DNA of 63,482 bases, filler included, from Craspedostauros australis (Eukaryota): assembly GCA_030167865.1 (NCBI GenBank). It is 15 parts of 15 records of this genome, joined end to end, with 100 filler letters (N's around TTAATTAATTAA, not from the genome) between each part and the next. Parts side by side here need not be neighbours in the genome. Positions count along the whole stretch, not along the records: positions 44,806 to 47,284 come from JALAGF010000178.1; positions 47,385 to 48,723 come from JALAGF010000179.1; positions 48,824 to 50,057 come from JALAGF010000180.1; positions 50,158 to 58,775 come from JALAGF010000181.1; 11 more parts are not named here. One strand, 5' to 3'. Below the pieces are notes generated by a model. The model was not told where the DNA came from. It saw only the letters and a program-made list of their open reading frames with translations, and did not search any database. Position 1 is the first letter of the stretch. Each line of letters begins with the position of its first letter. The position numbers were made by a program, and so were the translations under genes. Below are positions 45,650-55,934 of this stretch, piece after piece.

Positions 45650-46963
45650 TCAAGGATTTCCTTTCGGGGCCGTTTGGAAGGGATCCGTTTCAGGAGTAAC
45701 GAGTGTTCCCCAATGTTTCGGGCCCTTCTCGAATTCTTCGTCAGTGAGCAAGCACGCGCGAATAGCATCCATAACACGTTCCTTGTCTTCCAATTGTCCA
45801 ATGACTACGAGCTCTTGTCGTCGATCGCCATAGGGCTCAGTCCAAAGGGGAGTGACAGCTTCTTCAACGCCTTTGGGCCACTGCTTCGGATTGATTGCCG
45901 CCCACCATGGATCGCCAAGAGTGACCCCGAACCGATGGCCAGCTAGAGAGAGCTCTGATCGATATTGAGCACGGTTTGCCAACCAACAGAATCCCTTAAC
46001 TCGCATGACGATGGACTTGTCAAACGGTTCGTTGCCTTTCAAGATATTGAGGAACAAATATCCCAGCTTGGCAGGATGGAAAGGTTTGCTGGACTGGAAG
46101 GTCAAGCTGCTGATTCCGTACTCTTCTGTCTCGGGAGTGTGCTCGCCGATGCGTGCCTCTTCGAGCCAGCCTTTGTGTTGCTCAGCTTTCGCCATGGAAA
46201 ACAGACCGGTTCCCAAGACAGATTTCAATGGCACCTTGGAAAAAGATGATTCCACAACCTTGGCATTGGGGTTCATCACGCTGATCAAGCGACGGACGCA
46301 GTTTCGTTCACCGTCTTCGATCAAATCGCACTTGTTGAGAACGAGGACATTGGCGAATTCAACTTGATCGCACAGCAAATGCGAGATAGTACGGGCATCA
46401 TCCGGATCAGACTGCCAATCCCGCTGCTGCAGAGACTCCAGGCTGTCCAGCTAGGAGAAGAAGCGGGAGCCATCCACGACTGTGACCAGGGTATCAAGAC
46501 TGGCCACGTCGCCCAAGGTCACGCCCGTCGAGTCTTTGAAGGTGAAGGTTTCGGCGACAGGCATGGGTTCAGAGATACCGCTCGATTCGATCAGGAGGTA
46601 GTCGAAGGTGCCCTTGGCTGCGATGGCGGAGACTTCGGTCAACAAGTCTTCTCGCAGGGTACAGCAGATGCAACCGTTTGACATTTCCACCATGTGTTCT
46701 TCTCGTTGGACGATGCTCGTCTTTTTCAGCAAGGCTGCATCGATGTTGATGGTGCCCATGTCATTGACGAGGACAGCCACGGTGAAACCTTCGTAGTTGG
46801 CCAGGATGTGTGACAAGAGGGTGGTCTTGCCAGATCCCAAGAAGCCAGACAGGAGGGTGACCTTCAATTTGGGTTCTGGTTTCTCGCCATCCTTGGAGAT
46901 ACCTCGCTCTGGCTCCGCGGTTTTGGCTTCGTCTGAGTGTTTTGGTTCATTGACGTCCTTCAT
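45650..46963 (-). pseudogene. cobW: COG0523/CobW-family (ZNG1/YciC-like) metallochaperone GTPase interrupted by an in-frame TAG at 46451-46453
   Basis: [45 protein letters not shown]; CobW_C region PFHP...RVKGFCW...GDRRQELVVIG. Reads SRFFS*LDSLESL across the stop in the same frame. Confidence 0.85.
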
Positions 46964-47384
46964 GGCAGCGATCATCTGTTGGCATGGGTTGGTTGGTTGG
47001 TTGGACTTCGATACTGGCGGCAGAAGATTGAATGCAACGATAGATGGCAGGTGGTGTCTCAGGATGGGTGGATGGGAGAGCTGCGAGAATGTATGAGCAT
47101 GGTGCACAAGATCTGGCCGTACGAGGATGACACACAATGATTGGTGGGAGGCCATCAACAAGATCTCGCTGGAGTTGCTCACTCTCACATTACTGACATC
47201 TCGAAATGCACACAGATCGTGGCGGCAGAAGTCTGGATTTGGGTTGGGTGATGATGTGAGAATACAGCCTTCAAAGGCCTCTGTNNNNNNNNNNNNNNNN
47301 NNNNNNNNNNNNNNNNNNNNNNNNNNNNTTAATTAATTAANNNNNNNNNNNNNNNNNNNNNNNNNNNNNNNNNNNNNNNNNNNN

Positions 47385-48723
47385 CAAGGACCGGGTCTGG
47401 AAGATTGACTACATCTACCCGCATCGGACGTACAACATCGTCGGTGCCGTGGCCAGCACGATGAGGAAAAACAACCTCGCGGTGGTAGACGCAAGTATCA
47501 AGGCCAGGACCAGAGAAGGCAATGAAGTGATCCTCCGGATCTACGAAGCCGCTCTGAACGTCGACAGTCGGGTGACGCTGCTATCCGACCACCAAATTCG
47601 GGCCAGTGGANCCGTCCTCGATACGGTTTCGTCGGAACACCGGGCATCGTTCGCGACACCAGGCACAGGCCGACAATGCCTAATGCCTGACGAAGACACG
47701 ACAATCAACTTGGAAATGCGAGACGCGCTGATGACATTCGACGTCTTCCCCATCATGGAGGACGATGAGGACCTGCCCACCTTTGACATCACCCCAAAGC
47801 AAGGATGGAACCCTTCGGATCATCAAGGAGGACACGTATGCAACGTGCCCATGGGTTGCTACCTTACCAGGGACCCAATCGGAGGAGACAAGGTAGTCGA
47901 CTGGAATGACCAATCTGATGCACCGCATGACGTTGGAGCGATGGACCCAAGCGCCCACAACGCATCGAAGGATCCCATGGAACCCGGAACACGCCAGACC
48001 AAGGACGGTATCCCGGACAATCCCATGGAAAGACGAGAACCCATGAAACCCAACGCCCGTCATCCAGATGAGCTCGCCCCAGGAGACCCCAACCGTGTAC
48101 ACGAAGAGTACCCCAAGGTGGACGCATTCCTTGACACTCTAAGTCTCGAGGAGCTCATNGGAATGTCACANGCAATNGACACNGTAACGTTCGCGAAATC
48201 GGCTACCGACACGGCCATCTCGATCCAAGGCACCCTTTTCGACATGGTGGACAATCTCTCAGCGGGAGACATCGACCACCTATGCAGGGAGCTGGGCATC
48301 GATCGCGAGGCCAACGTGGTAGGAACGGACCAAAAGGGATACACCGAGCCAACCAAGGTTCCATCGACAAAGGTATCGGACCCGGATGACGAGGCAGACA
48401 GCGTCATCTCATCCTTACACTCGGTAGGATCCGAACCGGCGTTCCAGAGAAATCGGGAGACTTTTCGTATCCCCAACGAGATCGGCGTGACCAAGGCAAC
48501 ACATGTCGACACCCTCCGGGGAGACCCGCGAAGCGCACCTGAATACCACGGACACATCAAGGGCGAGAACCCCGTTGGGATCGATGACCTAGGAAAGGAC
48601 AATCCCATGGACACCATGGACCGACACCCTGCGGAAGCTATGACCGAGTACAGCCACCAAGGGTTCCCCTTCCGAGCCAAATGGAAGTCCATCGATCTTC
48701 ACAAGATCCGACCGTACCTCGGG
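47385..48723 (+). mobile_element. CoDi-type copia pol fragment (protease to pre-integrase region)
   Basis: VILRIYEAA...TLLSDHQIRASG.VLDTVS..H...LPTFDIT...WNP; ends ...IRPYLG. Open through the contig. Confidence 0.6.
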
Positions 48724-48853
48724 NNNNNNNNNNNNNNNNNNNNNNNNNNNNNNNNNNNNNNNNNNNNTTAATTAATTAANNNNNNNNNNNNNNNNNNNNN
48801 NNNNNNNNNNNNNNNNNNNNNNNGGAGTGTGAAATGCACATTGGACTCGGAGC

Positions 48854-49196
48854 GCTTCATGGAGTGGATAGATGGGGGGTATCCGGAGCCAGTGTGGTGC
48901 GCAGATTATGAAAATGCCAGGGATGATAATGATGATCATGGGCGCTGGAGGTAGGGCAGCATGGTGCCATCGAGAATTTTTCGCACCCACCACCTGACAG
49001 ACAGCAAGCCAAAACGACATTAAAAATAAAGTTCATACAAATTTAACTTCGATATTCAGAATCACTGATAGCCAAGCGTCCGAATGCACTGTCTAGTTTT
49101 AATTTTAAATGGTGTGGTGTCGAGATATAACATCATAAGCAGTTGTTTGGATGGTTTTGGGTGTGCTCTATTTTAGTCTACTTTGTCACGACTCAT
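48854..49196. repeat. Inverted copy of the 26231-26571 repeat
   Basis: Direct sequence comparison. Confidence 0.85.
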
Positions 49197-49661
49197 CACG
49201 AGTAAAACTCCACAACTAGTGCTATCGTGCCCCATTTTACATTCTCTGCAGGTCGTACAATGACACCAGTGGTACTTGTGGACGAGTAAATGCAGGGCCA
49301 GCCTCGCCACTGGAACTGTTGCATCAACGATGGGGGCAAAAGAGGCACAGGATCACATCCCGAGAACGAAAATACTATCACCAGAGCACTTCCAGTTCGN
49401 NNNNNNNNNNNNNNNNGAGTTCACTTGACGAGCTTTCGCTGCATTCCGCTTCATGATACCACTGCAACGCGAGAGGCGCTCCGAAAGTTGCCAGCAAGAG
49501 ATTGTGCATCCGCTCTCGAGCCGTACGATACATGGGGCTCGTCCTCTCCATGCACGCATGCACACACAACACAAACCTACGGCCATAGATGCTCTTCTCG
49601 CGCTTCTTCGTGGATGAAGTTTGCTCGTCGCAGCTCACTCCTCGTCCTCACAAAAAGCATT

Positions 49662-49747
49662 CGTGTGATATTGGTTCCAGATGTCAGCACTGTGAGACCG
49701 GCGTGTGCAGTGGTGAGATCGTGGGCTCTGGTTTGGAGGTAAATTGG
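49662..49747 (-). repeat. LTR 3' end (3' or solo LTR) matching 35223-35308
   Basis: Near-identical reverse complement; diverges right after TATCACACG and has no PBS motif. Confidence 0.7.
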
Positions 49748-50339
49748 NNNNNNNNNNNNNNNNNNNNNNNNNNNNNNNNNNNNNNNNNNNNNNNNNNNNN
49801 NNNNNNNNNNNNNNNNNNNNNNNNNNNNNNNNNNNNNNNNNNNNNNNNNNNNNNNNNNNNNNNNNNNNNNNNNNNNNNNNNNNNNTCATCATCCTCATTC
49901 GATTTGGGTCCTCGCAATACACCGTGTTGTACTTCATTTGGTCTTGGGTTGCGATGGCACTCCGAGGTCGTGTTCGGTTGGTCGATAGTTATCCAGATCC
50001 ACGATCGATCCAGAATCTTCGCCGTGTTTTGATTGAACATAACACACAAGGAACATTNNNNNNNNNNNNNNNNNNNNNNNNNNNNNNNNNNNNNNNNNNN
50101 NTTAATTAATTAANNNNNNNNNNNNNNNNNNNNNNNNNNNNNNNNNNNNNNNNNNNNCATGTTGTTGTTGTGTCACATAGACTATAGTTTTACCTATGCG
50201 CCGATGGCGCTTTTGTACCGCCTCGTTTATTCTGCATGTATCATACAGCGGGAACGGATAAAGTAGAGGTCGTGCAGTCGGAGCCTGTTCGTGTCGCGAT
50301 GCTGGCCGGGTGGCGCTGTCGAGCCGCGGCGTATGCAAG

Positions 50340-53300
50340 CTAGCAAGGCGGGGCTGCCGACGAGGCGGGCCGCCCGGACTGGTGGGATTCTGACACAGCG
50401 CGCCTCAGCCATGCCACTTGCGTTGGGGGGATGGTGTCGGCCACGTGAGGCATGGCATGGAGCATCACGAGCAGCCACTCTGCCTTCTTGGGCGTCGTGC
50501 TTGGCACCTGCTGTGCGATCTGGCGAAGATGCACCGGAAGCGAGGCGAGCGGGAGCTCCCTTAGCGCCGTGGAGTACGACTCCATGCGTTGGGCCATCAG
50601 GCTGCGCGTTCCATCCTCATGCAGCTGGCGGTTCCTGGACGTCCACTGCTGAAGGATCATGAGCCACAGCTCGTGAGTCACATCAGCCTGCCAGTGGACT
50701 GGCCGTCTCCGCGCTGCTGTTGGCTCCGGATTCGGGCTGAACTGCTCCCATGCGGTGGACCACCCTCCCCAAAGAAGTCCGTCCCAACCGACACCATGCT
50801 GCGCCACCTCAATGCCATGCGTCGCCGTGCGCCGAATGCCTTGCGGCGGGTTGCCGCCTTGCTGGAGGATGCGGAGGGCTTTGACCAGCAGTTGGGCCGC
50901 CTCTCGTCGGACCCGAGGAGGCTGGATCACTTTCCGAATTCGTTGAACTGCGTCTTCCCATATGGCCTTGCTGTCATCGCTTGGGCAGCGCACCACATGC
51001 CAATTGTCTTCGACGGCCCCGCACCTGGGGCAGGCCCCGGAGGCAGACTGCCCACGCCGGCACATGTTCCTGCCGGACGCCGCGTTCCCGGACGCCAACT
51101 TGAGGATGGCCCGTTGCTGGCCGCCTCTCCATCGGGACGACGCCCTCATCATGGGCCTCCAATCGACTGCGTGGCTTGCGGCGGACCCCCAGCGCTGGCG
51201 CCACTTGTTGCGCAGGCCCTGAGTTGCCGCCGCTTGGGAGACGGCCTCGTAGCTGGCCTCTGAAACTGGCCCGCTGAGGTCTGCAACTACCCAGCCCGCT
51301 GACTGTGGCGCCCCGGAGACCGAGCCCCACGATTGGGCTTGGTCGATGGCCCGCCAATGTCTGCCGGCCTCGTGATCCGCCACGACATTGAGAACCTCCC
51401 AGTCCGACAACTGGTGGTTCGCCCGTGCGTCCGCATGCCCCTTGACGTGCTGGACCTTGAACCGCACTGCTGTCGACTGCAGCTGACGCTGGATCTCCTG
51501 CCGCAGATCGAAGTCGGCTTCGTCGGATGGGATGAGCCGTGCCCTCGCGCTGGACCGTATTGCTTGCATGTTGTCACACGCAATGGTGGCAGACCCCTTC
51601 ACGTCCGCCCACGCTGCGAAGGCCCGCAGGAACTGCATGGCCAGTAGCACTCCCGCTGTCTCGGCTCTGTTCGACGTCATTGGCTGGGAACCTTCCGGGA
51701 CCTCAGAGCAGAGCAAGATACCTGAAGTGGGTTGGACGAGGCTGTCCTGAATCACCACCGCAGCGGCGCCTCTGTTGTCTTTGGCCGACGCATCGCAGCA
51801 TGCCACGCACTGCCCGCTTGCGATGGCAGTCGAGATGGATGCTGTCGACCCGTGGATGCGCACGTGGCGGAGCATTTGGTCTGCGAGGCCTCCCATGCCG
51901 ACGATGTGCTCTCGGAGCGTGGTCGCCAGCGCAGGGCGCAGGACTTGTCCCAGCGAGAGCACCACCGTGGTGCCTCGGTGTGCATGGGCGTCTGCGACGG
52001 CCTCCCCGCGGACTCGACGACATCTGTACTCCGTGTGGAGAATTTGCTGCGGCGATTGCCTTGGCCGATGGCTCTCGAGCAGGCCGGACTGGCTCTGCCG
52101 CACGCGGAATCTGTCCGCGCTGTGCCACGGCCCCAGAGGCTTGCGCAGTGCGGCGCCCGGCCGGTCCCTGGCCAGCAAGTGCAACACCAAGGCATCCCAC
52201 GCGTGCCACGCAGCTTGTGACGGGGGCACCGTCTTCGGCCATGGGAGGTCACTGTCCGCACGTGTAGCGGGTAGATGGCGCAGCACCATGGGGTGTATCT
52301 TGCCCCCTTCGGCATCGCAGATGTCCGACAGCCACAGTGCTTGCAGATGCACCCGGACTGCGTTGGCCTTGCGGAGCTCCACTTCGTCGCTCGTGCAGTC
52401 GAGGAACCGGCTCATGATAGTGACATCGCCCACGCGAGGGGGCTGTAAGGCTGGTGACACCTGTCGCATGTGAAGCTCGGACTGGCTCATCATGTCAAAG
52501 GTATGTGACCACCACGTGTCGTGGGTCCACTTCCGCCAACGGCGATGGAGCTGCTGGATCCGATCGACGACTCCAGACCACAGTTGAAGCTGCAATAGAG
52601 ATGACCGTAGGAGCCGTCCTGTGGTGGTGTCAGCCTCAAAGTGTCGCCAAACCAGCTCCAAGTGCGCTTTGCATTGCACTGTGAACAGGTGAGGTATGCC
52701 AAGGCCATTCAGCCGCCGGGGCCCGTGCACATACGGCCTTGCAATGGACCTCACGATCCCCATGTGTGGAAGCGCCACACTGAGCGCGGGCCTCATTATG
52801 GTCTCGCACTGGCCGCGGGTGAGCGTGGTGGCAGCTAGCGAGTATGTGAGGGCCGGCCACAGGACCGCCTTGAGCGCAATCTCGGTGTCCTGCTTCGAAA
52901 TCCGGGCCGTCTGGATGTGGGCAGCCCACTCGGCAGCCTTCGCCCGAAGATATTCGGCGTGCTCCCTCTGGTTGCCGTCACGGCGCGACATCATTCCAAG
53001 GTATTTGCTGGCCTCGTCCACTGGCTTGTGTTGGAGAACCTGCCCTTGCTCGCCGTCGCCCCGCATTGTTATGTCTTGGGGCTGGGTTCGCCTGTCGTAT
53101 TGCCATCTGTAGTTGCCCCACCGGAAGCGGACAAGCTGCCAGAAGCTTTTCTCAGGTGCCAGGCAGCCTCCTGAAGCGGAGAGCATGTTCTCCCACAAGG
53201 AAACCATGTGTTGGAACTCGCGTGACTGCGATGCTGCGTCGGAACTCTCGAGCGAGTGAACGAGATTGGTGTCGTCCACATATGCGAAGCAGACCACCCG

Positions 53301-55934
53301 GTGCTCCCTTTGGCCCGTCTCGCCGTACTGGAACCCATAGCCTTTGTTCTGCATTCGCTCGATCAGCGCCGAGCTGATCATGAGCCATCCCGTGGGGGCA
53401 GCTCCCAGGCCTTGGACGAGGCCTTGGATCGGGTTGGAGAGACCTGCACCCGAATAGCTGGTATTGGATACACCTGACCCCATGCTGATGCGATGCTCCA
53501 TGCGCTGCAGTGTGCGCAGCACGCTTTCAATGGGAGCTTTGGGGACGCCTTGGCGGCGCATGGCCATGCCGAACGCGGGGTGTGAGATGCGGTCGTAACA
53601 CCCTTTGGCATCGTTGGAGCATACCGCCGTCGCTCTCCCAGAGATCCTCATAATGTCGTCCGCCATGCAGACGTTGGCGAGCACCTCCTGAGCGGTATGG
53701 TTCTGGCGGCTGCCGTATTGGTCCTCGGCAATGGTCCCAGTGAGCTCAGCGTGGCCCCTGGCAGCCCGGCCAAGCTGCCTGGTGTTCATATTGAAGTCCC
53801 CTTCCATTAGCCCTATCGTGCGGGTCTTGGTGACAGACAGATTTCCTGGCTGCTTGCGCAACTGAATGTCGGTGCACTGTTGCCACCTCCGCAGACTGTA
53901 GCCTGTGCAGTACGGAATCGACCGCATGATCGCGTCGATGGCCGCCAGCTCTGGGCGCCTTGTGTTCGCCTTCCAACAACCAAAATGAATGCCGGACGGA
54001 CCGGAAGACGTGCGCTCCTTGATCTTCCGCCACCCGTCTGTGTGGCACTCCGTGGAGATGACGGTGTCGGACGGGCGCCACGGAGTGACTCGAGGCGACT
54101 GCTGGAGAGCTATGAGAAGCTCTGACGTGCCGTGCTGGACTTGTGTCGGCACCAGCCCCATGATGATGGCGTCGGCGCCCGCGGTCGTGCCGTACTTGCC
54201 CACGAGTTGGCTCAGGCCTGGCTGGCACAGTTCGGAGGACCACGCTTGTTGGTATTTGGCGATGTTCGTCGCACAGCATGCTCCTGCTACCTCTTCGGAG
54301 TCTGTGAGAATCTCCCCGCTGCCGCCTGGCCCGTCGTGGACGACCATGCTGACCTGTGAGTCGCTGGCCGTGCCTGCCAGAGCTTGCTTGATGCGTCTGA
54401 ACGTCGCACGGGTCTCCTCCCGTTCGGCCATCTGCTTCCTGTATTTTAGGGGATCCCCGCCACCTTCTTGGATGAATCCCTCATTCGCTCGGAGGAAATC
54501 GACTCGGTGTTGCGCCGCCAGCCGTTTCTCCTTCTTGAGCTGACGCCACGTCTTGTTTCGCTCGACTGTCATGTCTGCCGTGCTCATGTCACGGGTGCGG
54601 ACGTGCTCCAGGTGCGCCTTCTTCTTCAGCCTGTCGATGGTGGATCCTTTGACCTGGTGGCCCGACCTTCGCCGCAGGGACTCGGTCCAGAACTGATGGG
54701 CTTTCTGAATGCGGTTCACCAGTGGCGAGTACGGGACGTTTCCCACTCGGATTTTGCGGCACGATCGCTCTGCTTTGAGCATAGCCTTCGTGCGATCCGC
54801 ATCAATGTCCTCGATTGCTCTCGCTTGCTCCTGGGTGAGGGGCGCCCCTGTCACCTCCCGCTCCAGCGCGTTGGCGCGCTCCAGCAACCTGCTCTGTCGA
54901 GCCGCTTCGGCGTACGAGTCGAGATACCGGCTGACCGTGGCCGGCCTTTGCAGCTGAAGCCTGCGACCGCGGAATGGTTGTGTTGGACTGCGGCCTCTGC
55001 CCATGAGCTGTTGGGTTGCGTAGTCCACCCATACCATGCGATGGTCCCACGGACCGAATGGTGTGGCCCCTGATTGAGTAGCCATCGCCTCCGGAGTGGA
55101 CCAGATGCCATCGATCTGTACGTTGCTGCGGTTCCGAATGTGGGTGGCTGCTGACTGTGGGTGCTGCGTGGAAAGTGCCTCTGTCATTCCTTCGTCAGCC
55201 AACATCGCACTCACTCGGGACTTCCTCACGTCCATATTGACATCGCCACCCAGGATGATCGTCTCACCCGCTTGACGCCATTGATGAAGCTGGCTTTGCA
55301 ACTCACTCAGGTGGAGGTCGATGGGATCCGCGTCGATGCCCACTGCAGCCGCATTGGACGCCTGTTGGTTGTACACCGTTCCTGGGGTTTTGGTTGACCG
55401 GTTTGCTACGTAGGTAGCCACCAGCCGCACCTTGATGTGGCCTTTGCCCTGTAGAAGCACGCTGACCCATCTGCCCCATTGGTGGGTGTCTTTCTCGCTT
55501 GTCAATATGCGGCCTCGGGTGCTGCCTTTGATAAGGATTGCTGTCCCACCCCACTGCCTCACCCGCATCGGGTTGGACTGATTGTGCGACGTGACGGTGC
55601 GTGACTGGGGTACGTTCTGCTGGACGATTTCGTGGAGCCGTTTGTGCCGCGGCACCTTGCTCCAGTTGATACCAACCTCGGTTAGGAGCATGACGTCGAC
55701 GTTGTACTTGCGGATTGTCTCCCAGAGGTCCTGATACTTGGGGTCGGTCTCGTCCATGGGTAGGCCGCCGAGGTTGAGCGCTGCGACCCGAATGTGACCT
55801 GGGACGATGTTTTGGGTGTCCCCACCTATGGAGGCGAATTGATCGATCACCTCTTCCGTGCCTGATCGATCGGTGTTGTCTTGCCTGTTGCTCTGCCGGC
55901 CGGACTGCGCGCGGCTTGCAGTGCTTGCTAACAT
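50340..55934 (-). CDS. ORF2: AP endonuclease, reverse transcriptase, RNase H and C-terminal Cys/His finger (1864 aa)
   Basis: APE: LNLGG, LTEVG, GGDVN, QIDGIW, DHR. RT: NDAKGCYDRI, GLVQG, FAYVDD, KYLG. RNase H: CDAS, RAE, CDN, HVKGH, ADHEA. Finger: CPRCGAVEDNWHVVRC. Confidence 0.92.
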   Translation of the reverse strand: MLASTASRAQSGRQSNRQDNTDRSGTEEVIDQFASIGGDTQNIVPGHIRVAALNLGGLPMDETDPKYQDLWETIRKYNVDVMLLTEVGINWSKVPRHKRLHEIVQQNVPQSRTVTSHNQSNPMRVRQWGGTAILIKGSTRGRILTSEKDTHQWGRWVSVLLQGKGHIKVRLVATYVANRSTKTPGTVYNQQASNAAAVGIDADPIDLHLSELQSQLHQWRQAGETIILGGDVNMDVRKSRVSAMLADEGMTEALSTQHPQSAATHIRNRSNVQIDGIWSTPEAMATQSGATPFGPWDHRMVWVDYATQQLMGRGRSPTQPFRGRRLQLQRPATVSRYLDSYAEAARQSRLLERANALEREVTGAPLTQEQARAIEDIDADRTKAMLKAERSCRKIRVGNVPYSPLVNRIQKAHQFWTESLRRRSGHQVKGSTIDRLKKKAHLEHVRTRDMSTADMTVERNKTWRQLKKEKRLAAQHRVDFLRANEGFIQEGGGDPLKYRKQMAEREETRATFRRIKQALAGTASDSQVSMVVHDGPGGSGEILTDSEEVAGACCATNIAKYQQAWSSELCQPGLSQLVGKYGTTAGADAIIMGLVPTQVQHGTSELLIALQQSPRVTPWRPSDTVISTECHTDGWRKIKERTSSGPSGIHFGCWKANTRRPELAAIDAIMRSIPYCTGYSLRRWQQCTDIQLRKQPGNLSVTKTRTIGLMEGDFNMNTRQLGRAARGHAELTGTIAEDQYGSRQNHTAQEVLANVCMADDIMRISGRATAVCSNDAKGCYDRISHPAFGMAMRRQGVPKAPIESVLRTLQRMEHRISMGSGVSNTSYSGAGLSNPIQGLVQGLGAAPTGWLMISSALIERMQNKGYGFQYGETGQREHRVVCFAYVDDTNLVHSLESSDAASQSREFQHMVSLWENMLSASGGCLAPEKSFWQLVRFRWGNYRWQYDRRTQPQDITMRGDGEQGQVLQHKPVDEASKYLGMMSRRDGNQREHAEYLRAKAAEWAAHIQTARISKQDTEIALKAVLWPALTYSLAATTLTRGQCETIMRPALSVALPHMGIVRSIARPYVHGPRRLNGLGIPHLFTVQCKAHLELVWRHFEADTTTGRLLRSSLLQLQLWSGVVDRIQQLHRRWRKWTHDTWWSHTFDMMSQSELHMRQVSPALQPPRVGDVTIMSRFLDCTSDEVELRKANAVRVHLQALWLSDICDAEGGKIHPMVLRHLPATRADSDLPWPKTVPPSQAAWHAWDALVLHLLARDRPGAALRKPLGPWHSADRFRVRQSQSGLLESHRPRQSPQQILHTEYRCRRVRGEAVADAHAHRGTTVVLSLGQVLRPALATTLREHIVGMGGLADQMLRHVRIHGSTASISTAIASGQCVACCDASAKDNRGAAAVVIQDSLVQPTSGILLCSEVPEGSQPMTSNRAETAGVLLAMQFLRAFAAWADVKGSATIACDNMQAIRSSARARLIPSDEADFDLRQEIQRQLQSTAVRFKVQHVKGHADARANHQLSDWEVLNVVADHEAGRHWRAIDQAQSWGSVSGAPQSAGWVVADLSGPVSEASYEAVSQAAATQGLRNKWRQRWGSAASHAVDWRPMMRASSRWRGGQQRAILKLASGNAASGRNMCRRGQSASGACPRCGAVEDNWHVVRCPSDDSKAIWEDAVQRIRKVIQPPRVRREAAQLLVKALRILQQGGNPPQGIRRTATHGIEVAQHGVGWDGLLWGGWSTAWEQFSPNPEPTAARRRPVHWQADVTHELWLMILQQWTSRNRQLHEDGTRSLMAQRMESYSTALRELPLASLPVHLRQIAQQVPSTTPKKAEWLLVMLHAMPHVADTIPPTQVAWLRRAVSESHQSGRPASSAAPPC

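Noticed and set aside
46451..46453. Pyrrolysine or alternative genetic code
   Set aside because: TAG is used as a normal terminator elsewhere in the window (18072, 50340, 55928); a nonsense mutation or error is simpler.
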